64,000 bases of DNA from Eledone cirrhosa (lineage: Eukaryota). The stretch lies in assembly GCA_964016885.1 (NCBI GenBank), contig OZ024742.1, forward strand, positions 30,752,001 through 30,816,000, in the 5' to 3' direction. Shown here piece after piece: positions 12,001 to 25,300 of this stretch. Below the pieces are notes generated by a model. The model was not told the origin of the DNA. It saw nothing but the letters and a program-made list of their open reading frames with translations, and searched no databases. Every line of letters starts with the position of its first letter. The stretch's first letter is position 1. A program made the translations under genes and the position numbers.

Positions 12001-15000
12001 GGTGTGGTTTCTCTCATTCCTTACTTGGTGTAATCTCTCTCAGTCCTAACTTGGTGTAGTCTCTCTCAGTCCTAAGGTGGTGTGGTGTCTCTCAGTCCTA
12101 ACTTGGTGTAGTCTCTCTCAGTCCTAAGTTTGTGTGGTCTCTCTCAGTCCTAACTAGGTGTAGTCTCTCTCAGTCCTAAGTTGGTGTAGTCTCTCTCAGT
12201 CCGAACTTGGTGTGGTCTCTCTCAGTCCTAACTTGTTGTGGTCTCTCTCAGTCCTAAGTTCGTGCTGTCTCTCTCTCAGTCCTAACTTGGTGTGGTCTCT
12301 CTCAGTCCTAACTTGGTGTAGTCTCTCTACGTCCTAACTTTGTGTGGTCTCTCTCACTCCTTAGTTGGTGTGGTCTCTCTCAGTCCTAACTTGGTGTAGT
12401 CTCTCACAGTCGTAACTTGGTGTGGTCTCTCTAACTCCTAACTTGGTGTAGTCTCTCTCAGTCCTAACATGGTGTAGTCTCTCTCAGTCTTAACTTGGTG
12501 TAGTCTCTCTCAGTCCTTACTTGGTGTAGTCTCTCTCAGTCCTAACTTGGTGTGGTCTCCCTCAGTCCTAAGTTGGTGTGGTCTCTCTCAGTCCTAACTT
12601 GGTGTGGTCTCTCTCAGTCCTAAGTTGGTGTGGTCTCTCTCAGTCCTAAGTTGGTGTGGTCTCTCTCAGTCCTAAGTTGGTGTGGTCTCTCTCAGTCCTT
12701 ACTTGGTGTAGTCACTCTCAGTCCTAACGTGGTATAGTCTCTCTCAGTCGTAACTTGGTGTAGTCTCTCTCAGTCGTAACTTTGTGTAGTCTCTCTCAGT
12801 CCTAAGTTGGTGTGGTCTCTCTCAGTCCTAACTTGGTGTAGTCTCTCTCATTCCTAACTTGGTGTAGTCTCTCTCAGTCCTAAGTTGGTGTGGTCTCTCT
12901 CAGTCCTAAGTTCGTGTGGTCTATCTCAGTCCTAAGTTGGTGTGGTCTCTCTCAGTCCTAAGTTCGTGTGGTCTCTCTCATTCCTAACTTGGTGTAGTCT
13001 CTTTCAGTCCTAAGTTGGTGTGTTCTCTCTCAGTCCTAACTTGGTGTAGTCTCTCTCAGTCCTAAGTTGGTGTGGTCTCTCTCAGTCCTAACTTGGTGTA
13101 GTCTCTCTCAGTCCTAAGTTGGTGTGGTCTCTCTCAGTCCTAACTTGGTGTGGTCTCTCTCAGTCCTTACTTTCTGTAGTCACTCTCAGTCCTAACTTGG
13201 TGTAGTCTCTCTCAGTCCTAAGTTGGTGTGGTCTCTCTCAGTCCTAACTTGGTGTGTTCTCTCTCAGTCCTAACTTGGTGTAGTCTCTCTCAGTCCTAAG
13301 TTGGTGTGGTCTATCTCACTCCTAAGTTGGTGTGGTCTCTCTCAGTCCTAAGTTGATGTAGTCTCTCTCGGTCCTAACTTGGTGAGGTCTCTCTCAGTCG
13401 TAACTTGGTGTAGTCTCTCTCAGTCCTTACTTAGTGTGGTCTCTCTCAGTCCTAACATGGTGTTGTCTCTCTCAGTCCTAACTTGGTGTTGTCTCTCTCA
13501 GTCGTAACTTGGTGTGGTCTCTCTCAGTCCTAAGTTGGTGTAGTCTCTCTCAGTCCTAACTTGGTGTGGTCTCTATCAGTCCTAACTTGTTGTGGTCTCT
13601 CTCAGTCCTAAGTTCGTGCTGTCTCTCTCTCAGTCCTAACTTGGTGTGGTCTCTCTACGTCCTAACTTAGTGTGGTCTCTCTCAGTCCTAACTTGGTGTG
13701 GTCCCTCTCATTCCTAAGTTGGTGTTGTCTCTCTCACTCCTAAGTTGGTGTGGTCTCTCTCAGTCCTAACTTGTTGTAGTCTCTCTCAGTCGTAACTTGG
13801 TGTGGTCTCTCTAAGTCCTAACTTGGTGTAGTTTCTCTCAGTCCTAACATGGTGTAGTCTCTCTCAGTCTTAACTTGGTGTAGTCTCTCTCTGTCTTAAG
13901 TTGGTGTGGTCTCTCTCAGTCCTAAGTTGGTGTGGTCTCTCTCAGTCCTAACTTGGTTTGGTCTCTCTCAATCCTAAGTTGGTGTAGTCTCTCTCAGTCC
14001 TAAGTTGGTGTGGTCTCTCTCAGTCCTTACTTGGTGTAGTCTCTCTCAGTCCTAACTTGGTGTGGTCTCCCTCAGTCCTAACTTGGTGTGGTCTCTCTCA
14101 GTCCTTACTTGGTGTGGTCTCTCTCACTCCTAACTTGGTGTGGTCTCTCTCAGTCCTTACTTGGTGTAGTCACTCTCAGTCCTAACTTGGTATAGTCTCT
14201 CTCAGTCGTAACTTGGTGTAGTCTCTCTCAGTCGTAACTTCGTGTAGTCTCTCTCAGTCCTAAGTTGGTGTGGTCTCTCTCAGTCCTAAGTTGGTGTGGT
14301 CTCTCTCAACCCTAACGTGGTGTAGTCTCTCTCAGTCCTAACTTGTTGTGGTCTCTCTCAGTCCTAACTTGGTGTAGTCTCTCTCAGTCCTAACTTGGTG
14401 TAGTCTCTCTCAGTCCTAAGTTGGTGTGGTCTCTCTCAGTCCTAACTTGGTGTGGTCTCTCTCAGTCCTAACTTAGTGTAGTCTCTCTCAGTCCTAAGTT
14501 GGTGTGGTCTCTCTCAGTCCGAACTTGGCGTGGTCTCTCTCAGTCCTAACTTGTTGTGGTCTCTCTGAGTCCTAAGTTTGTGCTGTCTCTCTCTCGGTCC
14601 TAACTTGGTGTGGTCTCTCTCAGTCCTAACTTGGCTTAGTCTCTCTACGTCCTAACTTGGTGTCGTCTCTCTCAGTCCTAACTTGGTGTGGTCTCTCTCA
14701 GTCCTAACTTGGTGTAGTCTCTCTCAGTCCTAACTTGGTGTAGTCTCTCTCAGTCGTAACTTGGTGTGGTCTCTCTAACTCCTAACTTGGTGTAGTCTCT
14801 CTCAGTCCTAACATGGTGTAGTCTCTCTCAGTCTTAACTTGGTGTAGTCTCTCTCAGTCCTTACTTGGTGTACTCTCTCTCAGTCCTAACTTGGTGTGGT
14901 CTCCCTCAGTCCTAAGTTGGTGTGGTCTCTCTCAGTCCTAACTAGGTGTGGTCTCTCTCAGTCCTAAGTTGGTGTGGTCTCTCTCAGTCCTAACTTGGTG

Positions 15001-16110
15001 TGGTCTCTCTCAGTCCTTACTTGGTGTAGTCAGCCTCAGTCCTAACTTGGTATAGTCTCTCACAGTCGTAACTTGGTGTAGTCTCTCTCAGTCGTAACTT
15101 TGTGTAGTCTCTCTCAGTCCTAAGTTGGAGTGGTCTCTCTCAGACCTAAGTTGGTGTGGTCTCTCTCAGTCCTAATTTGGTGTGGTCTCACTCAGTCCTT
15201 ACTTGGTGTAGTCTCTCTCAGTCCTAACTTGGTGTAGTCTCTCTCAGTCCTAACTTGTTGTGGTCTCTCTCAGTCCTAACTTAGTGTAGTCTCTCTCAGT
15301 CCTAAGTTGGTGTGGTCTCTCTCAGTCCTAACTTAGTGTAGTTTCTCTCAGTCCTAAATTGGTGTGGTCTCTCTCAGTCCTAACCTGGTGTGGTCTCTCT
15401 CAGTCCTAACTTAGTGTAGTCTCTCTCAGTCCTAAGTTGGTGTGGTCTATCTCAGTCCTAAGTTGGTGTGGTCTCTCTCAGTCCTAAGTTGGTGTGGTCT
15501 CTCTCATTCCTAACTTGGTGTAGTCTCTTCCAGTCCTAAGTTGGTGTGTTCTCTCTCAGTCCTTACTTGGTGTAGTCTCTCTCAGTTCTAACTTGGTGTA
15601 GTCTCTCTCAGTCCTAACTTGGTGTGGTGTCTCTCAGTCCTAACTTGGTGTAGTCTCTCTCAGTCCTAAGTTGGTGTGGTCTCTCTCAGTCCTAACTAGG
15701 TGTAGTCTCTCTCAGTTCTAAGTTGGTGTGGTCTCTCTCAGTCCTAAGTTGGTGAAGTGTCTCTCAGTCCGAACATGGTGTGGTCTCTCTCAGTCCTATG
15801 TTGGTGTTGTCTCTCTCAGTCATTACTTGGTGTAGTCTCTCTTAGTCCTAACTTGGTGTGGTCTCCCTCAGTCCTAAGTTGGTGTGGTCTCTCTCAGTCC
15901 TAAGTTGGTGTGGTCTCTCTCAGTCCTAAGTTGGTGTGGTCTCTCTCAGTCCTAAGTTGGTGTGGTCTCTCTCAGTCCTAACTTGGTGTAGTCTCTCTCA
16001 GTCCTAACTTGGTGTGGTCTCTCTCAGTCCTTACTTAGTGTAGTCTCTCTCAGTCCTAACTTGGTGTGGTCTCCCTCAGTCCTAAGTTGGTGTGGTCTCT
16101 CTTAGTCCTA
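1..16110. repeat. ~8.36-8.38 kb higher-order duplication within satellite
   Basis: Rare variant GGCCTAACTAGGAG at 274/534 and 8631/8891 (offset 8357). Identical spurious ORFs at 568 and 8925. GGTGAAGTGTCT marker at 7371 and 15755 (offset 8384). Confidence 0.9.
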
Positions 16111-19100
16111 AGTTGGTGTAGTCTATCACACTCCTAAGTTGGTGTGGTCTCACTCAGTCCTAAGTTGGTGTGGTCTCTCTCATTGCTAACTTGGTGTAGT
16201 CTCTTTCAGTCCTAAGTTGGTGTGTTCTGTCTCAATCCTAACTTAGTGTGGTCTCTCTCATTCCTTACTTGGTGTAGTCTCTCTCAGTCCTAACTTGGTG
16301 TAGTCTCTTTCAGTCCTAAGTTGGTGTGTTCTGTCTCAATCCTAACTTAGTGTGGTCTCACTCAGTCCTATCTTGGTGTGGTCTCTCTCAGTCCTAACTT
16401 GGTGTAGTCTCTTTCAGTCCTAAGTTGGTGTGTTCTGTCTCAATCCTAACTTAGTGTGGTCTCTCTCATTCCTTACTTGGTGTAGTCTCTCTCAGTCCTA
16501 ACTTGGTGTAGTCTCTCTCAGTCCTAAGTTGGTGTGGTGTCTCTCAGTCCTAACTTGGTGTAGTCTCTCTCAGTCCTAACTTGGTGTGGTCTCTCCCAGT
16601 CCTAACTTGGTGTGGTCTCTCCCAGTCCTAACTTTTTGTGGTCTCTCTCAGTCCTAACTTGGTGTAGTCTCTCTACGTCCTAACTTGGTGTGGTCTCTCT
16701 CAGTCCTAACTTGGTGTAGTCTCTCTCAGTCCTTACTTGGTGTAGTCTCTCTCAGTCCTAACTTGGTGTAGTCTCTCTCAGTCCTAACATGGTGTAGTCT
16801 CTCTCAGTCTTAACTTGGTGTAGTCTCTCTCAGTCGTAACTTCGTGTAGTCTCTCTCAGTCCTAAATTGGTGTGGTCTCTCTCAGTCCTAAGTTGGTGTG
16901 GTCTCTCTCAGTCCTAACTTGGTGTAGTCTCTCTCAGTCCAAACTTGTTGTGGTCCCTCTCAGTCCTAACTTGGTGTAGTCTCTCACAGTCCTAAGTTGG
17001 TGTGGTCTCTCTCAGTCCTAACTTGGTGTAGTCTCTCTCAGTCCTAAGTTGGTTTGGTCTCTCTCAGTCCTAACTTGGTGTGTTCTCTCTCAGTCCTTAC
17101 TTGGTGTAGTCACTCTCAGTCCTAACTTGGTGTAGTCTCTCTCAGTCCTAAGTTGGTGTGGTCTCTCTCAGTCCTAACTTGGTGTGGTCTCTCTCAGTCC
17201 TAACTTGGTGTAGTCTCTCTCAGTCCTAAGTTGGTGTGGTCTATCTCACTCCTAAGTTGGTGTGGTCTCTCTCAGTCCTAAGTTGGTGTGGTCTCTCTCA
17301 TTCCTAACTTGGTGTAGTCTCTTTCAGTCCTAAGTTGGTGTGTTCTCTCTCAGTCCTAACTTGGTGTGGTTTCTCTCATTCCTTACTTGGTGTAATCTCT
17401 CTCAGTCCTAACTTGGTGTAGTCTCTCAGTCCTAAGGTGGTGTGGTGTCTCTCAGTCCTAACTTGGTGTAGTCTCTCTCAGTCCTAAGTTTGTGTGGTCT
17501 CTCTCAGTCCTAACTAGGTGTAGTCTCTCTCAGTCCTAAGTTGGTGTAGTCTCTCTCAGTCCGAACTTGGTGTGGTCTCTCTCAGTCCTAACTTGTTGTG
17601 GTCTCTCTCAGTCCTAAGTTCGTGCTGTCTCTCTCTCAGTCCTAACTTGGTGTGGTCTCTCTCAGTCCTAACTTGGTGTAGTCTCTCTACGTCCTAACTT
17701 TGTGTGGTCTCTCTCACTCCTTAGTTGGTGTGGTCTCTCTCAGTCCTAACTTGGTGTAGTCTCTCTCAGTCGTAACTTGGTGTGGTCTCTCTAACTCCTA
17801 ACTTGGTGTAGTCTCTCTCAGTCCTAACATGGTGTAGTCTCTCTCAGTCTTAACTTGGTGTAGTCTCTCTCAGTCCTTACTTGGTGTAGTCTCTCTCAGT
17901 CCTAACTTGGTGTGGTCTCTCTCAGTCCTAAGTTGGTGTGGTCTCTCTCAGTCCTAAGTTGGTGTGGTCTCTCTCAGTCCTTACTTGGTGTAGTCACTCT
18001 CAGTCCTAACGTGGTATAGTCTCTCTCAGTCGTAACTTGGTGTAGTCTCTCTACGTCCTAACTTTGTGTGGTCTCTCTCACTCCTTAGTTGGTGTGGTCT
18101 CTCTCAGTCCTAACTTGGTGTAGTCTCTCTCAGTCGTAACTTGGTGTGGTCTCTCTAACTCCTAACTTGGTGTAGTCTCTCTCAGTCCTAACATGGTGTA
18201 GTCTCTCTCAGTCTTAACTTGGTGTAGTCTCCCTCAGTCCTAAGTTGGTGTGGTCTCTCTCAGTCCTAACTTGGTGTGGTCTCTCTCAGTCCTAAGTTGG
18301 TGTGGTCTCTCTCAGTCCTAAGTTGGTGTGGTCTCTCTCAGTCCTAAGTTGGTGTGGTCTCTCTCAGTCCTTACTTGGTGTAGTCACTCTCAGTCCTAAC
18401 GTGGTATAGTCTCTCTCAGTCGTAACTTGGTGTAGTCTCTCTCAGTCGTAACTTTGTGTAGTCTCTCTCAGTCCTAAGTTGGTGTGGTCTCTCTCAGTCC
18501 TAACTTGGTGTAGTCTCTCTCATTCCTAACTTGGTGTAGTCTCTCTCAGTCCTAAGTTGGTGTGGTCTCTCTCAGTCCTAAGTTCGTGTGGTCTATCTCA
18601 GTCCTAAGTTGGTGTGGTCTCTCTCAGTCCTAAGTTCGTGTGGTCTCTCTCATTCCTAACTTGGTGTAGTCTCTTTCAGTCCTAAGTTGGTGTGTTCTTT
18701 CTCAGTCCTAACTTGGTGTAGTCTCTCTCAGTCCTAAGTTGGTGTGGTCTCTCTCAGTCCTAACTTGGTGTAGTCTCTCTCAGTCCTAAGTTGGTGTGGT
18801 CTCTCTCAGTCCTAACTTGGTGTGGTCTCTCTCAGTCCTTACTTTCTGTAGTCACTCTCAGTCCTAACTTGGTGTAGTCTCTCTCAGTCCTAAGTTGGTG
18901 TGGTCTCTCTCAGTCCTAACTTGGTGTGTTCTCTCTCAGTCCTAACTTGGTGTAGTCTCTCTCAGTCCTAAGTTGGTGTGGTCTATCTCACTCCTAAGTT
19001 GGTGTGGTCTCTCTCAGTCCTAAGTTGATGTAGTCTCTCTCGGTCCTAACTTGGTGAGGTCTCTCTCAGTCGTAACTTGGTGTAGTCTCTCTCAGTCCTT

Positions 19101-22100
19101 ACTTAGTGTGGTCTCTCTCAGTCCTAACATGGTGTTCTCTCTCTCAGTCCTAACTTGGTGTTGTCTCTCTCAGTCGTAACTTGGTGTGGTCTCTCTCAGT
19201 CCTAAGTTGGTGTAGTCTCTCTCAGTCCTAACTTGGTGTGGTCTCTATCAGTCCTAACTTGTTGTGGTCTCTCTCAGTCCTAAGTTCGTGCTGTCTCTCT
19301 CTCAGTCCTAACTTGGTGTGGTCTCTCTACGTCATAACTTAGTGTGGTCTCTCTCAGTCCTAACTTGGTGTGGTCCCTCTCATTCCTAAGTTGGTGTTGT
19401 CTCTCTCACTCCTAAGTTGGTGTGGTCTCTCTCAGTCCTAACTTGTTGTAGTCTCTCTCAGTCGTAACTTGGTGTGGTCTCTCTAAGTCCTAACTTGGTG
19501 TAGTTTCTCTCAGTCCTAACATGGTGTAGTCTCTCTCAGTCTTAACTTGGTGTAGTCTCTCTCTGTCTTAAGTTGGTGTGGTCTCTCTCAGTCCTAAGTT
19601 GGTGTGGTCTCTCTCAGTCCTAACTTGGTTTGGTCTCTCTCAATCCTAAGTTGGTGTAGTCTCTCTCAGTCCTAAGTTGGTGTGGTCTCTCTCAGTCCTT
19701 ACTTGGTGTAGTCTCTCTCAGTCCTAACTTGGTGTGGTCTCCCTCAGTTCTAACTTGGTGTGGTCTCTCTCAGTCCTTACTTGGTGTGGTCTCTCTCACT
19801 CCTAACTTGGTGTGGTCTCTCTCAGTCCTTACTTGGTGTAGTCACTCTCAGTCCTAACTTGGTATAGTCTCTCTCAGTCGTAACTTGGTGTAGTCTCTCT
19901 CAGTCCTAAGTTGGTGTGGTCTCTCTCAGTCCTAAGTTGGTGTGGTCTCTCTCAACCCTAACGTGGTGTAGTCTCTCTCAGTCCTAACTTGTTGTGGTCT
20001 CTCTCAGTCCTAACTTGGTGTAGTCTCTCTCAGTCCTAACTTGGTGTAGTCTCTCTCAGTCCTAAGTTGGTGTGGTCTCTCTCAGTCCGAACTTGGCGTG
20101 GTCTCTCTCAGTCCTAACTTGTTGTGGTCTCTCTGAGTCCTAAGTTTGTGCTGTCTCTCTCTCGGTCCTAACTTGGTGTGGTCTCTCTCAGTCCTAACTT
20201 GGCTTAGTCTCTCTACGTCCTAACTTGGTGTCGTCTCTCTCAGTCCTAACTTGGTGTGGTCTCTCTCAGTCCTAACTTGGTGTAGTCTCTCTCAGTCCTA
20301 ACTTGGTGTAGTCTCTCTCAGTCGTAACTTGGTGTGGTCTCTCTAACTCCTAACTTGGTGTAGTCTCTCTCAGTCCTAACATGGTGTAGTCTCTCTCAGT
20401 CTTAACTTGGTGTAGTCTCTCTCAGTCCTTACTTGGTGTACTCTCTCTCAGTCCTAACTTGGTGTGGTCTCCCTCAGTCCTAAGTTGGTGTGGTCTCTCT
20501 CAGTCCTAACTTGGTGTGGTCTCTCTCAGTCCTAAGTTGGTGTGGTCTCTCTCAGTCCTAACTTGGTGTGGTCTCTCTCAGTCCTTACTTGGTGTAGTCA
20601 GCCTCAGTCCTAACTTGGTATAGTCTCTCACAGTCGTAACTTGGTGTAGTCTCTCTCAGTCGTAACTTTGTGTAGTCTCTCTCAGTCCTAAGTTGGAGTG
20701 GTCTCTCTCAGACCTAAGTTGGTGTGGTCTCTCTCAGTCCTAATTTGGTGTGGTCTCACTCAGTCCTTACTTGGTGTAGTCTCTCTCAGTCCTAACTTGG
20801 TGTAGTCTCTCTCAGTCCTAACTTGTTGTGGTCTCTCTCAGTCCTAACTTAGTGTAGTCTCTCTCAGTCCTAAGTTGGTGTGGTCTCTCTCAGTCCTAAC
20901 TTAGTGTAGTCTCTCTCAGTCCTAAATTGGTGTGGTCTCTCTCAGTCCTAACCTGGTGTGGTCTCTCTCAGTCCTAACTTAGTGTAGTCTCTCTCAGTCC
21001 TAAGTTGGTGTGGTCTATCTCAGTCCTAAGTTGGTGTGGTCTCTCTCAGTCCTAAGTTGGTGTGATCTCTCTCATTCCTAACTTGGTGTAGTCTCTTCCA
21101 GTCCTAAGTTGGTGTGTTCTCTCTCAGTCCTTACTTGGTGTAGTCTCTCTCAGTTCTAACTTGGTGTAGTCTCTCTCAGTCCTAACTTGGTGTGGTGTCT
21201 CTCAGTCCTAACTTGGTGTAGTCTCTCTCAGTCCTAAGTTGGTGTGGTCTCTCTCAGTCCTAACTAGGTGTAGTCTCTCTCAGTTCTAAGTTGGTGTGGT
21301 CTCTCTCAGTCCTAAGTTGGTGAAGTGTCTCTCAGTCCGAACATGGTGTGGTCTCTCTCAGTCCTATGTTGGTGTTGTCTCTCTCAGTCATTACTTGGTG
21401 TAGTCTCTCTTAGTCCTAACTTGGTGTGGTCTCCCTCAGTCCTAAGTTGGTGTGGTCTCTCTCAGTCCTAAGTTGGTGTGGTCTCTCTCAGTCCTAAGTT
21501 GGTGTGGTCTCTCTCAGTCCTAAGTTGGTGTGGTCTCTCTCAGTCCTAACTTGGTGTAGTCTCTCTCAGTCCTAACTTGGTGTGGTCTCTCTCAGTCCTT
21601 ACTTAGTGTAGTCTCTCTCAGTCCTAACTTGGTGTGGTCTCCCTCAGTCCTAAGTTGGTGTGGTCTCTCTTAGTCCTAAGTTGGTGTAGTCTATCACACT
21701 CCTAAGTTGGTGTGGTCTCACTCAGTCCTAAGTTGGTGTGGTCTCTCTCATTGCTAACTTGGTGTAGTCTCTTTCAGTCCTAAGTTGGTGTGTTCTGTCT
21801 CAATCCTAACTTAGTGTGGTCTCTCTCATTCCTTACTTGGTGTAGTCTCTCTCAGTCCTAACTTGGTGTAGTCTCTTTCAGTCCTAAGTTGGTGTGTTCT
21901 GTCTCAATCCTAACTTAGTGTGGTCTCACTCAGTCCTATCTTGGTGTGGTCTCTCTCAGTCCTAACTTGGTGTAGTCTCTTTCAGTCCTAAGTTGGTGTG
22001 TTCTGTCTCAATCCTAACTTAGTGTGGTCTCTCTCATTCCTTACTTGGTGTAGTCTCTCTCAGTCCTAACTTGGTGTAGTCTCTCTCAGTCCTAAGTTGG

Positions 22101-22349
22101 TGTGGTGTCTCTCAGTCCTAACTTGGTGTAGTCTCTCTCAGTCCTAACTTGGTGTGGTCTCTCCCAGTCCTAACTTTTTGTGGTCTCTCTCAGTCCTAAC
22201 TTGGTGTAGTCTCTCTACGTCCTAACTTGGTGTGGTCTCTCTCAGTCCTAACTTGGTGTAGTCTCTCTCAGTCCTTACTTGGTGTAGTCTCTCTCAGTCC
22301 TAACTTGGTGTAGTCTCTCTCAGTCCTAACATGGTGTAGTCTCTCTCAG

Positions 22350-25300
22350 TCTTAACTTGGTGTAGTCTCTCTCAGTCGTAACTTCGTGTAGTCTCTCTCA
22401 GTCCTAAGTTGGTGTGGTCTCTCTCAGTCCTAAGTTGGTGTGGTCTCTCTCAGTCCTAACTTGGTGTAGTCTCTCTCAGTCCAAACTTGTTGTGGTCCCT
22501 CTCAGTCCTAACTTGGTGTAGTCTCTCTCAGTCCTAAGTTGGTGTGCTCTCTCTCAGTCCTAAGTTGGTGTGGTCTCTCTCATTCCTAACTTGGTGTAGT
22601 CTCTCTCAGTCCTAAGTTGGTTTGGTCTCTCTCAGTCCTAACTTGGTGTGTTCTCTCTCAGTCCTTACTTGGTGTAGTCACTCTCAGTCCTAACTTGGTG
22701 TAGTCTCTCTCAGTCCTAAGTTGGTGTGGTCTCTCTCAGTCCTAACTTGGTGTGGTCTCTCTCAGTCCTAACTTCGTGTAGTCTCTCTCAGTCCTACGTT
22801 GGTGTGGTCTATCTCACTCCTAAGTTGGTGTGGTCTCTCTCAGTCCTAAGTTGGTGTGGTCTCTCTCATTCCTAACTTGGTGTAGTCTCTTTCAGTCCTA
22901 AGTTGGTGTGTTCTCTCTCAGTCCTAACTTGGTGTGGTTTCTCTCATTCCTTACTTGGTGTAGTCTCTCTCAGTCCTAACTTGGTGTAGTCTCTCTCAGT
23001 CCTAAGTTGGTGTGGTGTCTCTCAGTCCTAACTTGGTGTAGTCTCTCTCAGTCCTAAGTTTGTGTGGTCTCTCTCAGTCCTAACTAGGTGTAGTCTCTCT
23101 CAGTCCTAAGTTGGTGTAGTCTCTCTCAGTCCGAACTTGTTGTGGTCTCTCTCAGTCCTAAGTTCGTGCTGTCTCTCTCTCAGTCCTAACTTGGTGTGGT
23201 CTCTCTCAGTCCTAACTTGGTGTAGTCTCTCTACGTCCTAACTTTGTGTGGTCTCTCTCACTCCTTAGTTGGTGTGGTCTCTCTCAGTCATAACTTGGTG
23301 TAGTCTCTCTCAGTCCTAAGTCGGTGTGGTCTCTCTCAGTCCTAACTTGGTGTAGTCTCTCTCAGTCGTAACTTGGTGTGGTCTCTCTAACTCCTAACTT
23401 GGTGTAGTCTCTCTCAGTCCTAACATGGTGTAGTCTCTCTCAGTCTTAACTTGGTGTAGTCTCTCTCAGTCCTTACTTGGTGTAGTCTCTCTCAGTCCTA
23501 ACTTGGTGTGGTCTCCCTCAGTCCTAAGTTGGTGTGGTCTCTCTCAGTCCTAACTTGGTGTGGTCTCTCTCAGTCCTAAGTTGGTGTGGTCTCTCTCAGT
23601 CCTAAGTTGGTGTGGTCTCTCTCAGTCCTAAGTTGGTGTGGTCTCTCTCAGTCCTAACTTGGTGTAGTCTCTCTCAGTCCAAACTTGTTGTGGTCCCTCT
23701 CAGTCCTAACTTGGTGTAGTCTCTCACAGTCCTAAGTTGGTGTGGTCTCTCTCAGTCCTAACTTGGTGTAGTCTCTCTCAGTCCTAAGTTGGTTTGGTCT
23801 CTCTCAGTCCTAACTTGGTGTGTTCTCTCTCAGTCCTTACTTGGTGTAGTCACTCTCAGTCCTAACTTGGTGTAGTCTCTCTCAGTCCTAAGTTGGTGTG
23901 GTCTCTCTCAGTCCTAACTTGGTGTGGTCTCTCTCAGTCCTAACTTGGTGTAGTCTCTCTCAGTCCTAAGTTGGTGTGGTCTATCTCACTCCTAAGTTGG
24001 TGTGGTCGCTCTCAGTCCTAAGTTGGTGTGGTCTCTCTCATTCCTAACTTGGTGTAGTCTCTTTCAGTCCTAAGTTGGTGTGTTCTCTCTCAGTCCTAAC
24101 TTGGTGTGGTTTCTCTCATTCCTTACTTGGTGTAATCTCTCTCAGTCCTAACTTGGTGTAGTCTCTCTCAGTCCTAAGTTGGTGTGGTGTCTCTCAGTCC
24201 TAACTTGGTGTAGTCTCTCTCAGTCCTAAGTTTGTGTGGTCTCTCTCAGTCCTAACTAGGTGTAGTCTCTCTCAGTCCTAAGTTGGTGTAGTCTCTCTCA
24301 GTCCGAACTTGGTGTGGTCTCTCTCAGTCCTAACTTGTTGTGGTCTCTCTCAGTCCTAAGTTCGTGCTGTCTCTCTCTCAGTCCTAACTTGGTGTGGTCT
24401 CTCTCAGTCCTAACTTGGTGTAGTCTCTCTACGTCCTAACTTTGTGTGGTCTCTCTCACTCCTTAGTTGGTGTGGTCTCTCTCAGTCCTAACTTGGTGTA
24501 GTCTCTCTCAGTCGTAACTTGGTGTGGTCTCTCTAACTCCTAACTTGGTGTAGTCTCTCTCAGTCCTAACATGGTGTAGTCTCTCTCAGTCTTAACTTGG
24601 TGTAGTCTCTCTCAGCCCTAAGTTGGTGTGGTCTCTCTCAGTCCTAACTTGGTGTAGTCTCTCTCATTCCTAACTTGGTGTAGTCTCTCTCAGTCCTAAG
24701 TTGGTGTGGTCTCTCTCAGTCCTAAGTTCGTGTGGTCTATCTCAGTCCTAAGTTGGTGTGGTCTCTCTCAGTCCTAAGTTCGTGTGGTCTCTCTCATTCC
24801 TAACTTGGTGTAGTCTCTTTCAGTCCTAAGTTGGTGTGTTCTCTCTCAGTCCTAACTTGGTGTAGTCTCTCTCAGTCCTAAGTTGGTGTGGTCTCTCTCA
24901 GTCCTAACTTGGTGTAGTCTCTCTCAGTCCTAAGTTGGTGTGGTCTCTCTCAGTCCTATCTTGGTGTGGTCTCTCTCAGTCCTTACTTGGTGTAGTCACT
25001 CTCAGTCCTAACTTGGTGTAGTCTCTCTCAGTCCTAAGTTGGTGTGGTCTCTCTCAGTCCTAACTTGGTGTGTTCTCTCTCAGTCCTAACTTGGTGTAGT
25101 CTCTCTCAGTCCTAAGTTGGTGTGGTCTATCTCACTCCTAAGTTGGTGTGGTCTCTCTCAGTCCTAAGTTGGTGTAGTCTCTCTCGGTCCTAACTTGGTG
25201 AGGTCTCTCTCAGTCGTAACTTGGTGTAGTCTCTCTCAGTCCTTACTTAGTGTGGTCTCTCTCAGTCCTAACATGGTGTTGTCTCTCTCAGTCCTAACTT